Part shown: positions 13,743 through 22,706 of the stretch, piece after piece | How the letters are laid out: every line of letters starts with the position of its first letter | Position numbering within the stretch: position 1 is the first letter of the stretch | Assembly (NCBI GenBank): GCA_963845245.1 | Contig: CAWJRJ010000018.1 | Location: forward strand, 64,001 to 128,000 | Source of the DNA: Nitrospirota bacterium | GTDB taxonomy: Bacteria; Nitrospirota; JACRHJ01 | Direction: 5' to 3' | Length of the DNA stretch: 64,000 nt | Program-made: the position numbers and the translations under genes | The notes under the pieces: generated by a model | Seen by the model: the letters and a program-made list of their open reading frames with translations, nothing else | What the model was told of the DNA's origin: nothing | Databases searched by the model: none

Positions 13743-14928
13743 ATGCCAAAAAAGGTTGCAATGACGGGTAACGTGGCCGTGGCCAATGCCATGCGCCAGA
13801 TCAACCCCGACGTATGCGCCGCCTACCCGATCACGCCTTCGACCGAGGTCATGCAGCAGTACTCCACGTTCGTCGCGGACGGGCTGGTGGACACGAACCT
13901 GGTCACGGTGGAGTCGGAGCATTCGGCCATGAGCGCTTGCATAGGCGCATGCGCAGCGGGCGGCAGGGTAATGAACGCCACGTCGGCAAACGGCCTGGCC
14001 CTCATGTGGGAGATGCTCTATATAGCATCCGGCAACAGGCTGCCGATCGTGCTTTCTTGCGTCAACAGGGCGCTTTCGGCCCCGATAAACATCCACTGCG
14101 ACCACTCAGACTCGATGGGCGCAAGGGACGCGGGCTGGATACAGCTCTACGCCGAAAACGCGCAGGAGGCCTACGACAACACGGTACAGGCCCCCAGGAT
14201 AGCCGAACACTTCGACGTCAGGCTTCCGGTGATGTCCTGCATGGACGGGTTCATCATCTCGCACTCGATAGAGAACCTGGAACTTCTGGATGACCAACAG
14301 GTTAAGGATTTCGTAGGCCCCTACAAGTCTCCGACCCCGGTCCTGCTCGACCTTGAGCACCCCTCCACCTACGGCGCGCTGCATCTTGCAGGACTACTAC
14401 ATGGAGTCAAAGAAGCAGCAGCACGAGGCCATCAAGAGGGCCAAGAAGGTAGTGGTAGAGGTAGGCAAGGAATACGGCAAGCTTTCCGGAAGGAAGTACG
14501 GCCTCTTCGAGGACTACAAGTTGGCAGACGCAGACGTTGCGCTGGTCGTGCTCAACTCCGCTGCCGGCACGTCAAAGGTCATAGTGGACGAGCTTAGGTC
14601 TAAGGGCATTAAAGCCGGCCTTTTAAAGCCGAGGCTCTTCAGGCCGTTCCCGTATGTCGAGATCGCCGATGCGATGAAGAACTGCAGCGCAGTCTGCGTT
14701 ATGGACCGCGCCGACAGCTTCGGGTCCGCGGGCGGGCCGCTCTTCACCGAGTTCAGGAGCGCGCTGTACGACCTGCCCAAGAGGCCGATAATGATAAACA
14801 AGATATACGGCCTTGGTGGCCGCGACCTGGGCCTCGACGACATCAGGAAGGTCTTCAAAGAGCTGGTGACCCTGACGGAGTCCGGCAAGGTCAAAAACCT
14901 TTGCGAATACATTACAGTCAGAGAATAG
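13743..14928 (+). CDS. porA: Pyruvate/2-oxoacid:ferredoxin oxidoreductase alpha subunit; frameshift near 14385
   Basis: AYPITPST, ESEHSAMS, IHCDHSD, FRPFP, YGLGGRD. Confidence 0.9.
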
Positions 14929-14937
14929 GAGACAACC

Positions 14938-15921
14938 ATGGCAGTGCAACTGAAACTTAAGGAACTATCAAAGAAGGAGGACCTGCTTACCGGCGGGCAC
15001 AGGATGTGCGCCGGGTGCGGAGCCCCGATAGTGGTCCGGCAGATGCTCCTGGCAATAGACGAACCGGTGGTCATAGCCAATGCCACCGGCTGCCTGGAAG
15101 TCGCCACCACTATATACCCGTACTCCGCGTGGAAGACGCCCTGGATACACAGCGCGTTCGAGAACGCCGCGGCAACCATCTCCGGTGTCGAGGCGATGTA
15201 CCAGTCGCTCAAGAAGCAGGGCAAGATCCCGGCCGACAAGAAGATAAAGTTCATCGCCTTCGGCGGCGACGGCGGCACATACGACATAGGCCTCCAGTCT
15301 CTTTCCGGCGCTTTGGAGAGGGGCCACGACTTCATGTACGTCTGCTACGACAACGGCGCTTACATGAACACCGGCATCCAGCGTTCCAGCTCCACCCCGT
15401 TCGGCGCCGACACCACCACGTCGCCTGCGGGCAAGGTGCTTCAGGGCAAGGCGCAGAACAGGAAAGACCTGACCAAGATCGCCATAGCGCACAACGTGCC
15501 GTACGTCGCACAGGCCTCGCCACATCTATGGAAAGACCTCATGGCCAAGACCCAGAAGGCGATGTCCATCGAGGGCGCGAAGTTCATGAACGTCATAGCC
15601 CCGTGCAACCGCGGCTGGCGCACGCAGACCAACGACGCGATATCGCTTAGCAAGCTCGCGGTGAACACCTGCTTCTGGCCGCTCTATGAGGTCGAGTACG
15701 GCGTGACCACTGTAAACTACGTGCCCAGGAAGAACCGCAGGCCGATAGTCGAGTGGCTCAAGCCGCAGGGCCGTTTCAAGCACCTGTTCAAGCCCGCCAA
15801 CGAGGAAATGCTGGTCAAGTTCCAGGAGTATGTGGACGCGAGCTGGAGATCGATAGTGAAGATGCACAACGAGTCCCATCCCGACGACCAGATCGACCCC
15901 GATGAGGGCAAGACCTGGTAA
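14938..15921 (+). CDS. porB: Pyruvate/2-oxoacid:ferredoxin oxidoreductase beta subunit (TPP-binding)
   Basis: GHRMCAGCG, TGCLEV, GGDGGTYDIG, YDNGAYMNTGIQRS, PCNRGW. Confidence 0.92.
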   Translation: MAVQLKLKELSKKEDLLTGGHRMCAGCGAPIVVRQMLLAIDEPVVIANATGCLEVATTIYPYSAWKTPWIHSAFENAAATISGVEAMYQSLKKQGKIPADKKIKFIAFGGDGGTYDIGLQSLSGALERGHDFMYVCYDNGAYMNTGIQRSSSTPFGADTTTSPAGKVLQGKAQNRKDLTKIAIAHNVPYVAQASPHLWKDLMAKTQKAMSIEGAKFMNVIAPCNRGWRTQTNDAISLSKLAVNTCFWPLYEVEYGVTTVNYVPRKNRRPIVEWLKPQGRFKHLFKPANEEMLVKFQEYVDASWRSIVKMHNESHPDDQIDPDEGKTW

Positions 15922-15942
15922 AATAATTTTTAAATGTCATCC

Positions 15943-15979
15943 AAAGCCCGGGGAGTTTCTCTCCGGGCTTTTTTGTTTT
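15943..15979 (+). terminator. Intrinsic terminator after porB
   Basis: aaagcccggggag-loop-ctccgggctt followed by a T-tract. Confidence 0.85.
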
Positions 15980-15996
15980 CTAATACTTAGGGGTAA

Positions 15997-16025
15997 TTGA
16001 CATTGTAGGTAAGTAGTCTTATTAT
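15997..16025 (+). promoter_or_regulatory. Sigma70-type promoter
   Basis: TTGACA-17 nt-TATTAT upstream of ORF 16070. Confidence 0.55.
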
Positions 16026-16069
16026 GATTTTATATATTAAATATTTTTAATGACAAAAGGGAGGCGCCT

Positions 16070-16366
16070 GTGGACATAGTTTTATTGCTGATGAGCCTGA
16101 CCGCCCTTGCGATGATGTGTTATGCATGGTACAGGGTTACAAAACTTAGGAGGAAACTTCCTGGTGGAATTATGAAGTCCACCAGCAATATCCTGGGCGA
16201 ACTCATAGGGCTTTTCACGATTGGTTTCCTAGCCCTGCCTTTTTTCCCGATGTTGCCCCAGTCTTCAAAGGATATTCTAGTCGGGGTTATTTTCCTTTTC
16301 GCGGCGTTATTCGCGGTCATTGTCATCAACCTTTTTTATATGATTGCGGCAGACTTGGGGTTTTAA
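16070..16366 (+). CDS. Small hypothetical membrane protein (about 3 TM helices)
   Basis: GGAGG RBS, GTG start, three hydrophobic segments. Confidence 0.65.
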   Translation: MDIVLLLMSLTALAMMCYAWYRVTKLRRKLPGGIMKSTSNILGELIGLFTIGFLALPFFPMLPQSSKDILVGVIFLFAALFAVIVINLFYMIAADLGF

Positions 16367-16375
16367 GGGGGTATA

Positions 16376-16624
16376 ATGATTGCGACCGCCGAGAAGCTGA
16401 AGAACGCTGTGCGCGATACGCTCGGAGCAATGCCTAGCGATATATTTCTTTCAAGGATAAACAGGACTATTGATTCCGGTCTGGCGGACAAAGAGTCACT
16501 TTCGTTAGCCGCATGCAAGGTCGAGAAGATGGTGCGCCTCTTCCTAGGAATTAAAGAGGCGGACAAGGTAAAGTGCCTCTGCGAAGAAATCCTCCAGAAT
16601 TCCGAAGGACCGCCACACACTTAG
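16376..16624 (+). CDS. Small hypothetical protein
   Basis: RBS-like AAGGGGG, coupled to the upstream ORF, 82 aa with a helical pattern. Confidence 0.55.
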   Translation: MIATAEKLKNAVRDTLGAMPSDIFLSRINRTIDSGLADKESLSLAACKVEKMVRLFLGIKEADKVKCLCEEILQNSEGPPHT

Positions 16625-16958
16625 GCAGCAGGCAAGGCGGCGGGCGGCATAAATCTGGGCATAAGCGGCTGCTGGCTGCGCAAACCCCTCCAAACGTGAA
16701 AAAATTCAGTTCCCACCTTCGCCAAAAAGTATTCCATTTTCATGCATAGCGTAATAATTGTTGTTCGGTGTAATACCTATGGGTAATGAAGATTGCGCGA
16801 TATTGAGCAATAAACTGTTTAAGGTGCTTGTAAATACGCTATTTGGAAGCATTTAGAATAAGTCTGTGTTGCAACTTGAAACAAATAAATATATAAAGCA
16901 CTAATAAAATCAGCTAAATCTATAGTTTTTCATAAAGCCTAATAATTATTATTAAAAG

Positions 16959-16974
16959 AGGTATGAAAATTGCA
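16959..16974 (+). promoter_or_regulatory. Putative sigma54 (RpoN) -24/-12 promoter of the giant cytochrome operon
   Basis: AGGTATGAAAATTGCA = GG-N10-GC with TTGCA at -12, about 45 nt upstream of ATG 17018, in an AT-rich region. Confidence 0.6.
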
Positions 16975-17017
16975 CTAGTCAACAATTAACAAAAATAGAA
17001 AGAACTGTAAGGATATT

Positions 17018-20000
17018 ATGAAGAATCGTTTCTTATTATTAGCCTTGGTGTTGTATAGTTTAACCGCTGCAGATGCCTTTGCGGTGACGTTGTCGGCGCC
17101 CCCGCATACTGATTACCGTCCTGGGTACTATCGTTCTGACGGTTCTAATGGTTGTGGTGATACGATTGCCTGTCACTCTGTTCCCGGCGGTTTTTTCCTC
17201 CCGAGCGTTCTTGACACCACTGCTGCTCCTTTAGAGAAGGATTACACCAATTTTTGTCTTGCTTGTCATAATGCAGCGGGTGAGGCTCACGGCAAGTCAG
17301 TCGGTTCTCCTTCCACCAACCAGTACAGCATCCTTACGGGTTTTTATCCAGGTCAGTATTCCGGTGATTCTCACAGCTGGAATGGTGTAAACGGCAATGC
17401 GGGCACGCGTACCCCGACGTTGAGCGGTTTCAAGAAGGACGGTATTGGTACTGGTACGGACTACATGCCTGGTGGGAAGGTGCGTTGTCAGACCTGCCAC
17501 GAGGGCATGGGCAAGCGAGACGGCATCCAGAACTATGATTGGGCTTCGACTACCAAGCAGGATTCCACCCATTATTCATTGAGCGGTTATGGGTCCACGG
17601 CCCAGTATTTAGCGCAATACATCAAGGTATACCGTAGTACAGGTTCTTTAGCCAGGCCTTTGAACACGCGCACCAAGGAGCAGTATCTGGTTGACCCGTC
17701 CGAGTATACTTACGATTACAAGTCTGCTACTGTCACGTTTAAGGTTTCTCAGGGTACCGACCCGGCCTCTCCCTATGTATATGTAGACATCCGCCAGCCT
17801 TACTTCAGGAACGACAATGCCGGGAATGCGATATGTCTTGACTGTCATAGTGACCGCAGGGGAACGGTTGCCAACCATCCTGGGGGTGTGCCGGTAAAGT
17901 CAAACCACCCTGTAGCGGTTACATATGGTTATGCTTTTGGTACCAGGACTACTCTCAGGAACCAGACCTCTGTCGGGCTCTACCTTGAGAACGGGCAGGT
18001 TCTTTGCACAACCTGTCATAAGCCGCACAATTCTTCTGGCAAGACTGGTGCGTTGTTGAGGGAGGGCGATTCCTCCACACTTTGCACCGACTGTCACGAC
18101 AAGTCAAAGGTCGGGTTGCACAAAGGCGGCAAGCACCAGAAGTATTCCAACACGAGCAGTATCCCGACGGGTTGTACGGACTGTCATTCGCCGCACCTGA
18201 CGGACAACCTCTACCTTGTCCGCTCCCGGGTGAGGACCCCTTCCGGGTCGTATAAGGGTGTGAGTTTTAAGAGGCACACCGGGGTTGACAGTTTTGGTAC
18301 TGATACCGGGTCGTCCATATGCGAGGCGTGCCATACCGGTACTAATTACCACAAGTCTGACGGTACGGGTTCTGGCCACAACACCGGCAAGGACTGTACG
18401 AATTGCCACAAGCATCAGAATGGCTTCGCCCCGCAGGGCGGCTCCGCCCCGTGCTATGGTTGCCACAACGGCCAGGCCGGCTCATCTGCGCCTGACATAA
18501 AGAGCCTTATGGGTCTAGCCGGTGGCGCGTCTGGCAAGACTTCGCACCATACGATAGCCTATGACAACAGCACGAGCAGCAGTTGTCTTGTAATGTGCCA
18601 CACGAGCAAGCATGCATCCGGCAGCCCCAACCTGAGCAATGCTGCCGGAGAATATGCGCTTTGCATGAGTTGCCACAACGACAGGTCTGATATTTTGACC
18701 AGCCAGGGCAAGAGCATCAAAGTTGGCACGAACTTTGCGACTTCGCTCCACAATTATACTGCTACGGTGTCGGATGAGTTCGGTATGTTCCAGTACACCG
18801 GCAACTGCACCAAGTGCCATATCCCGCACGGTTCCGACAGCTACCCGAACGTACGGCCCAGCATTAATGGTAAGGCCACCAACGGCAACAGCCAGGACCT
18901 TTGTTTCGGCTGTCATTCAGGGAATGTGCCGAAGGCGGCCGACATCAAGACACTCTGGGGCGCCAACCCGACGAACAAGGGCCATTACGATTATGCAGCC
19001 GGGAAGCAGATGAACTGCGTGAAGTGCCATGGGCCGCACGGTACTGGCAACTCGAAGATGATAAGCGACAGCCTTGGCGGCCCCGGCCTCAGCGGTTATT
19101 CTATATGTCTTTCCTGCCACAGCGGGGCGGGCAGCAACCATGACAGCGTCTATAACGTTATGGGTAGCTCGCCCGGCTCCTACGGCCCCGGCTTCTCGGC
19201 CGGTTCCGTCCATACGTTCGGCCTGGGCGTAGCCATCGGTGGTCACACGGTGGACCTTACCTGCACCGGCTGCCACGACCCGCACAACACGGCGAACGCG
19301 AGGCTTTTGCGTGACAAGGTGGTATTTTCGGGGATAAGCTCGGTTTCGGTGTCCCCCGTATCCGCGGTCGTGCAGCCGCAGGGCGGCATAGTATCATACA
19401 CCGCCGGCTGGGTCGGTTACTGTGCCGCATGCCACACCTCCATAACGGATACCGGCGGCCAGTCGCCTTACAGGCGCCATCCATTAGGGATTACCCCAAC
19501 CGGCCCGAACGTGTTGTATCCGTATACCACCGGGATGGGAGTCAAGGTGCTCCCGCTGGAGTCTGGGAACATTGCCTGCATTTCTTGTCATTACACCCAC
19601 GGTTCGCCCAAGCCGTCGCTGCTCAGGATACAGGATGCGTCCACTCCTGAGAACAGGCTTTGCCTCCAGTGCCACCGGCAGGACAAGTTCATGCAGGGCG
19701 GCGCGGGTTCGCACGGCGGTTTCGTCGAGAACCAGGGCCGGTGTTCCGACTGTCACAACATGCATGACAAGGCCAACAAGAAGCTGTTGCAGGAGTCCAC
19801 TGAAAGCGTTCTTTGCGAGAAATGCCATTCGAGCAGCGGCATATCCCGTTTCAACGTCTGGAAGGGATACAGCAGCGGTCTGACGTCATCCGTGATGAAG
19901 GGTACCGCTGGCAGTTTCGGGCTTTACTCGGGCATTCGCGGCGGGAACGCGCACAGCATGCACATGATAAACGACGAGGCAACCCCGGCCCCGGGCGGCG

Positions 20001-22666
20001 TGACGACGCAGCATTATTGCGGCACATGCCACAACCCGCACGGCAGCAAGAACTACCGGGTGCTCCGCGACACCGTGAACAACGTCACCGGCATAGTGGT
20101 ATACGCGAGGACTGACGCGAACGACAACTTCGTGAATTACTCGACAGGTTTCGTGAAGTTCTGCACTGCCTGCCATACGAACTACAAGGTCACCGACGAC
20201 GGCAACGGCAACTGGATACGCCACCCTGTTGGTGTAAGCCTTAACAATTACTCTGCGCAGAACTATTTCTACGAGAACAACACGTCATACAAGCCGAAGG
20301 TCGAGCTTGAGACTGGTAAGACGATAGCCTGCGTGTCGTGTCATTATGCGCATGGTTCGAGCGAGGACGCGAACCTGAAGTTCCCCGGCGGGCGCTCGGT
20401 GAACCTCTGCAAGACCTGCCACAACAGGGATGCCTTCAGTGCCGGCACCCCGGGTTCGCATGCAGGCTTTACCGGTGACAACGGCACCTGTTCCGACTGC
20501 CACAGCATGCATGCCAAGGGTAACCGCAAGCTCTTGAAGGACGGGGCCGAGACGGAGATCTGCGTCAACTGCCACGACCACCCCGGTACGAGCACCAACC
20601 CCAACCCCAGCCACTTCGATGTCTGGAAGGGCAACGTATTCGATTCGCCGACGTCGTGGTTCGGCACTGCCGGCTCGTTCGGCTCATACGACCCGGTTAA
20701 CGGCGGCAATGCGTACTCGATGCACCCTGTGAACAGCGACGCGAGGATCGCTCCCGGCGACGGGGCCACGGTCGTGCACTGCGGGACCTGCCACGACACG
20801 CATGGCAGCACCAACTACAGGCTTTTAAAGACGACCTTGAACGGCAAGGCGGGTATAGCCGTTTCGGCCAACGTGGATTCGAGTGGACGTACCATATCCT
20901 ACAACAGCGGGATGTCGTCCTTCTGCACCGCGTGCCACAAGTCGTACCTCCAGTACGGGAGCGCCGCGGGCTACACGAGGCACCCTGTAGACGTATCCCT
21001 GACCGCGCAGGAGTTGGCGAACTACAACCACTTCAACGGGCCGAAGTACCTGCCTCTGGAAGGCGGGAACAAGGTCACATGTACGACCTGCCATTTTGCG
21101 CACGGCTCGCCGAACGAGAAGATGAAGCGTCTGCCCGGCAACCAGATGTGCCAGATATGTCACTCCAAGGGTCTTGACCCGGCAAACAGCTACCTGCAGG
21201 TCATGAACACGCACGGCGGGTTCACCGGCAACAACGGCAATTGTTCGGTCTGCCACAGCATGCATAGCAAGAACAACAGGAAGCTCCTGAACTATGCGGT
21301 GGAGTCTGAGCTGTGCTACAGCTGCCACGGTCCCAATGGCGACAGCAGGAGCAGCTTCCCGCAGGCGCCCCTTGCCTGGAACGGCGATGCGCCGGCAAGC
21401 CCCGGCGCCTGGGACGGTACTGCCGGTTCGTTCGGCGCGTTCTACAACGCGTCGTCCGGCGGCAGCATAATGAGCCACCACAGCATAAACAAGACCGATT
21501 CCCCGGCCCCGGGCGGCACGACGACCGACCACCGCTGCGGGACCTGCCATAACCCGCACGGCAACAACAACTACAGGCTGTTGCGTGACGACGTAAACGG
21601 CAGCAGCGGCATAGTTGTCAGGACGGGCGCGATGGGCAACTACTCGACCGGCATAAGCGACTTCTGCACCGCCTGCCACACCACATATGGCGACGCGGGC
21701 TCAGGCATAGAGGGCTATACCCGTCACCCGGTGAAGCTGTCTCTTAGCTCACAGGAGATGGCCAACCTAAGCGGCACTGCGTCGCTGCCGAAGGCCCAGA
21801 CGGAGTCTAAAAAGGTGATGTGCCTGTCCTGCCACTTCGCGCATGGCTCGCCCAGCTACAAGATGCTCCGCATGCAGAGCTATACGTCGAGCGAGAGCGC
21901 GATATGCCAGCAGTGCCACATGAAGGGCTACAACGGCGCTGGACAGCAGGTCAGGAACCCGCACGGCGGTTTCGTGGGCAACAACGCCAACTGCTCTGTA
22001 TGCCACAGCGTCCACGAGAAGAACAACAAGAAGCTGCTCCTTGAGGCCAAGGAGTCTAACTTGTGCGAGAACTGCCACTCGGGTATCGCAAAGTTCACTG
22101 CCTTCAAACAGGATGACCCGCAGGTGAAGATAACTGCTCCGAGCCGGTTCAACGTCTTCTCGTCCATAGGTAACTCGTTCGGCAACTACTCGGTCGGCGG
22201 CGGTGGCGTGGTCTCGCACCACGAGGTGGACGGCTACCATACCGCCCCTGGCGGCAAGACCCTTGAGCTTCGTTGCGGCAAATGCCACAACCCGCACGGC
22301 GAGGACAACTTCGTGATGCTTAGAAGCACGGTCGAGAACGTCACCAGCATAAGGGTGTTCGGCCACTTAAGCTCCACCGGCCCGTTCAACACGTACTCTT
22401 CCGGGTTCGGCAAGTTCTGCTCGGCCTGCCATACAAGGCTGACAAGCTGCGGTTCCGGCAGCCCGTGGACGAGGCACCCGGTGGACTTCAAGCTAAAAGA
22501 TACGCAGTACAACAACTGGCTCTCGACCCCGATAAGCCCGCGGGTGCCGCTCGAGGCGAACAGCCAGGTGTCTTGCATAACCTGCCACAACAGCCACGGC
22601 TCCAAGAACTACAAGCTGCAGAGGCTGGGCGGCAACGGTATGTGCCAGCAGTGCCACAAGAGGTAA
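17018..22666 (+). CDS. Giant secreted multiheme cytochrome c (1882 aa, 42 CxxCH plus CX5CH and CX3CH); C-terminal two-thirds consists of five tandem OmcS-like hexaheme modules
   Basis: Sec signal peptide ending AFA; hand count of CxxCH motifs; ~248-aa repeats with HGGF..CxxCHxMH / LL..CxxCH / GSFG / APGG..CGTCHNPHG..YRLL / FCTACH..RHPV / CxSCHxAHGS / LCxxCH. Confidence 0.92.
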   Translation: MKNRFLLLALVLYSLTAADAFAVTLSAPPHTDYRPGYYRSDGSNGCGDTIACHSVPGGFFLPSVLDTTAAPLEKDYTNFCLACHNAAGEAHGKSVGSPSTNQYSILTGFYPGQYSGDSHSWNGVNGNAGTRTPTLSGFKKDGIGTGTDYMPGGKVRCQTCHEGMGKRDGIQNYDWASTTKQDSTHYSLSGYGSTAQYLAQYIKVYRSTGSLARPLNTRTKEQYLVDPSEYTYDYKSATVTFKVSQGTDPASPYVYVDIRQPYFRNDNAGNAICLDCHSDRRGTVANHPGGVPVKSNHPVAVTYGYAFGTRTTLRNQTSVGLYLENGQVLCTTCHKPHNSSGKTGALLREGDSSTLCTDCHDKSKVGLHKGGKHQKYSNTSSIPTGCTDCHSPHLTDNLYLVRSRVRTPSGSYKGVSFKRHTGVDSFGTDTGSSICEACHTGTNYHKSDGTGSGHNTGKDCTNCHKHQNGFAPQGGSAPCYGCHNGQAGSSAPDIKSLMGLAGGASGKTSHHTIAYDNSTSSSCLVMCHTSKHASGSPNLSNAAGEYALCMSCHNDRSDILTSQGKSIKVGTNFATSLHNYTATVSDEFGMFQYTGNCTKCHIPHGSDSYPNVRPSINGKATNGNSQDLCFGCHSGNVPKAADIKTLWGANPTNKGHYDYAAGKQMNCVKCHGPHGTGNSKMISDSLGGPGLSGYSICLSCHSGAGSNHDSVYNVMGSSPGSYGPGFSAGSVHTFGLGVAIGGHTVDLTCTGCHDPHNTANARLLRDKVVFSGISSVSVSPVSAVVQPQGGIVSYTAGWVGYCAACHTSITDTGGQSPYRRHPLGITPTGPNVLYPYTTGMGVKVLPLESGNIACISCHYTHGSPKPSLLRIQDASTPENRLCLQCHRQDKFMQGGAGSHGGFVENQGRCSDCHNMHDKANKKLLQESTESVLCEKCHSSSGISRFNVWKGYSSGLTSSVMKGTAGSFGLYSGIRGGNAHSMHMINDEATPAPGGVTTQHYCGTCHNPHGSKNYRVLRDTVNNVTGIVVYARTDANDNFVNYSTGFVKFCTACHTNYKVTDDGNGNWIRHPVGVSLNNYSAQNYFYENNTSYKPKVELETGKTIACVSCHYAHGSSEDANLKFPGGRSVNLCKTCHNRDAFSAGTPGSHAGFTGDNGTCSDCHSMHAKGNRKLLKDGAETEICVNCHDHPGTSTNPNPSHFDVWKGNVFDSPTSWFGTAGSFGSYDPVNGGNAYSMHPVNSDARIAPGDGATVVHCGTCHDTHGSTNYRLLKTTLNGKAGIAVSANVDSSGRTISYNSGMSSFCTACHKSYLQYGSAAGYTRHPVDVSLTAQELANYNHFNGPKYLPLEGGNKVTCTTCHFAHGSPNEKMKRLPGNQMCQICHSKGLDPANSYLQVMNTHGGFTGNNGNCSVCHSMHSKNNRKLLNYAVESELCYSCHGPNGDSRSSFPQAPLAWNGDAPASPGAWDGTAGSFGAFYNASSGGSIMSHHSINKTDSPAPGGTTTDHRCGTCHNPHGNNNYRLLRDDVNGSSGIVVRTGAMGNYSTGISDFCTACHTTYGDAGSGIEGYTRHPVKLSLSSQEMANLSGTASLPKAQTESKKVMCLSCHFAHGSPSYKMLRMQSYTSSESAICQQCHMKGYNGAGQQVRNPHGGFVGNNANCSVCHSVHEKNNKKLLLEAKESNLCENCHSGIAKFTAFKQDDPQVKITAPSRFNVFSSIGNSFGNYSVGGGGVVSHHEVDGYHTAPGGKTLELRCGKCHNPHGEDNFVMLRSTVENVTSIRVFGHLSSTGPFNTYSSGFGKFCSACHTRLTSCGSGSPWTRHPVDFKLKDTQYNNWLSTPISPRVPLEANSQVSCITCHNSHGSKNYKLQRLGGNGMCQQCHKR

Positions 22667-22706
22667 CTTTAATTTAAAGGGTTTTTGAACTAAACCAAGG
22701 GATATT

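Noticed and set aside
16625..17017. GEMM (c-di-GMP/cGAMP) riboswitch upstream of the OmcS-like gene, as in Geobacter
   Set aside because: No GEMM-like hairpin pair is recognisable, and the putative sigma54 start leaves only about 30 nt of leader.
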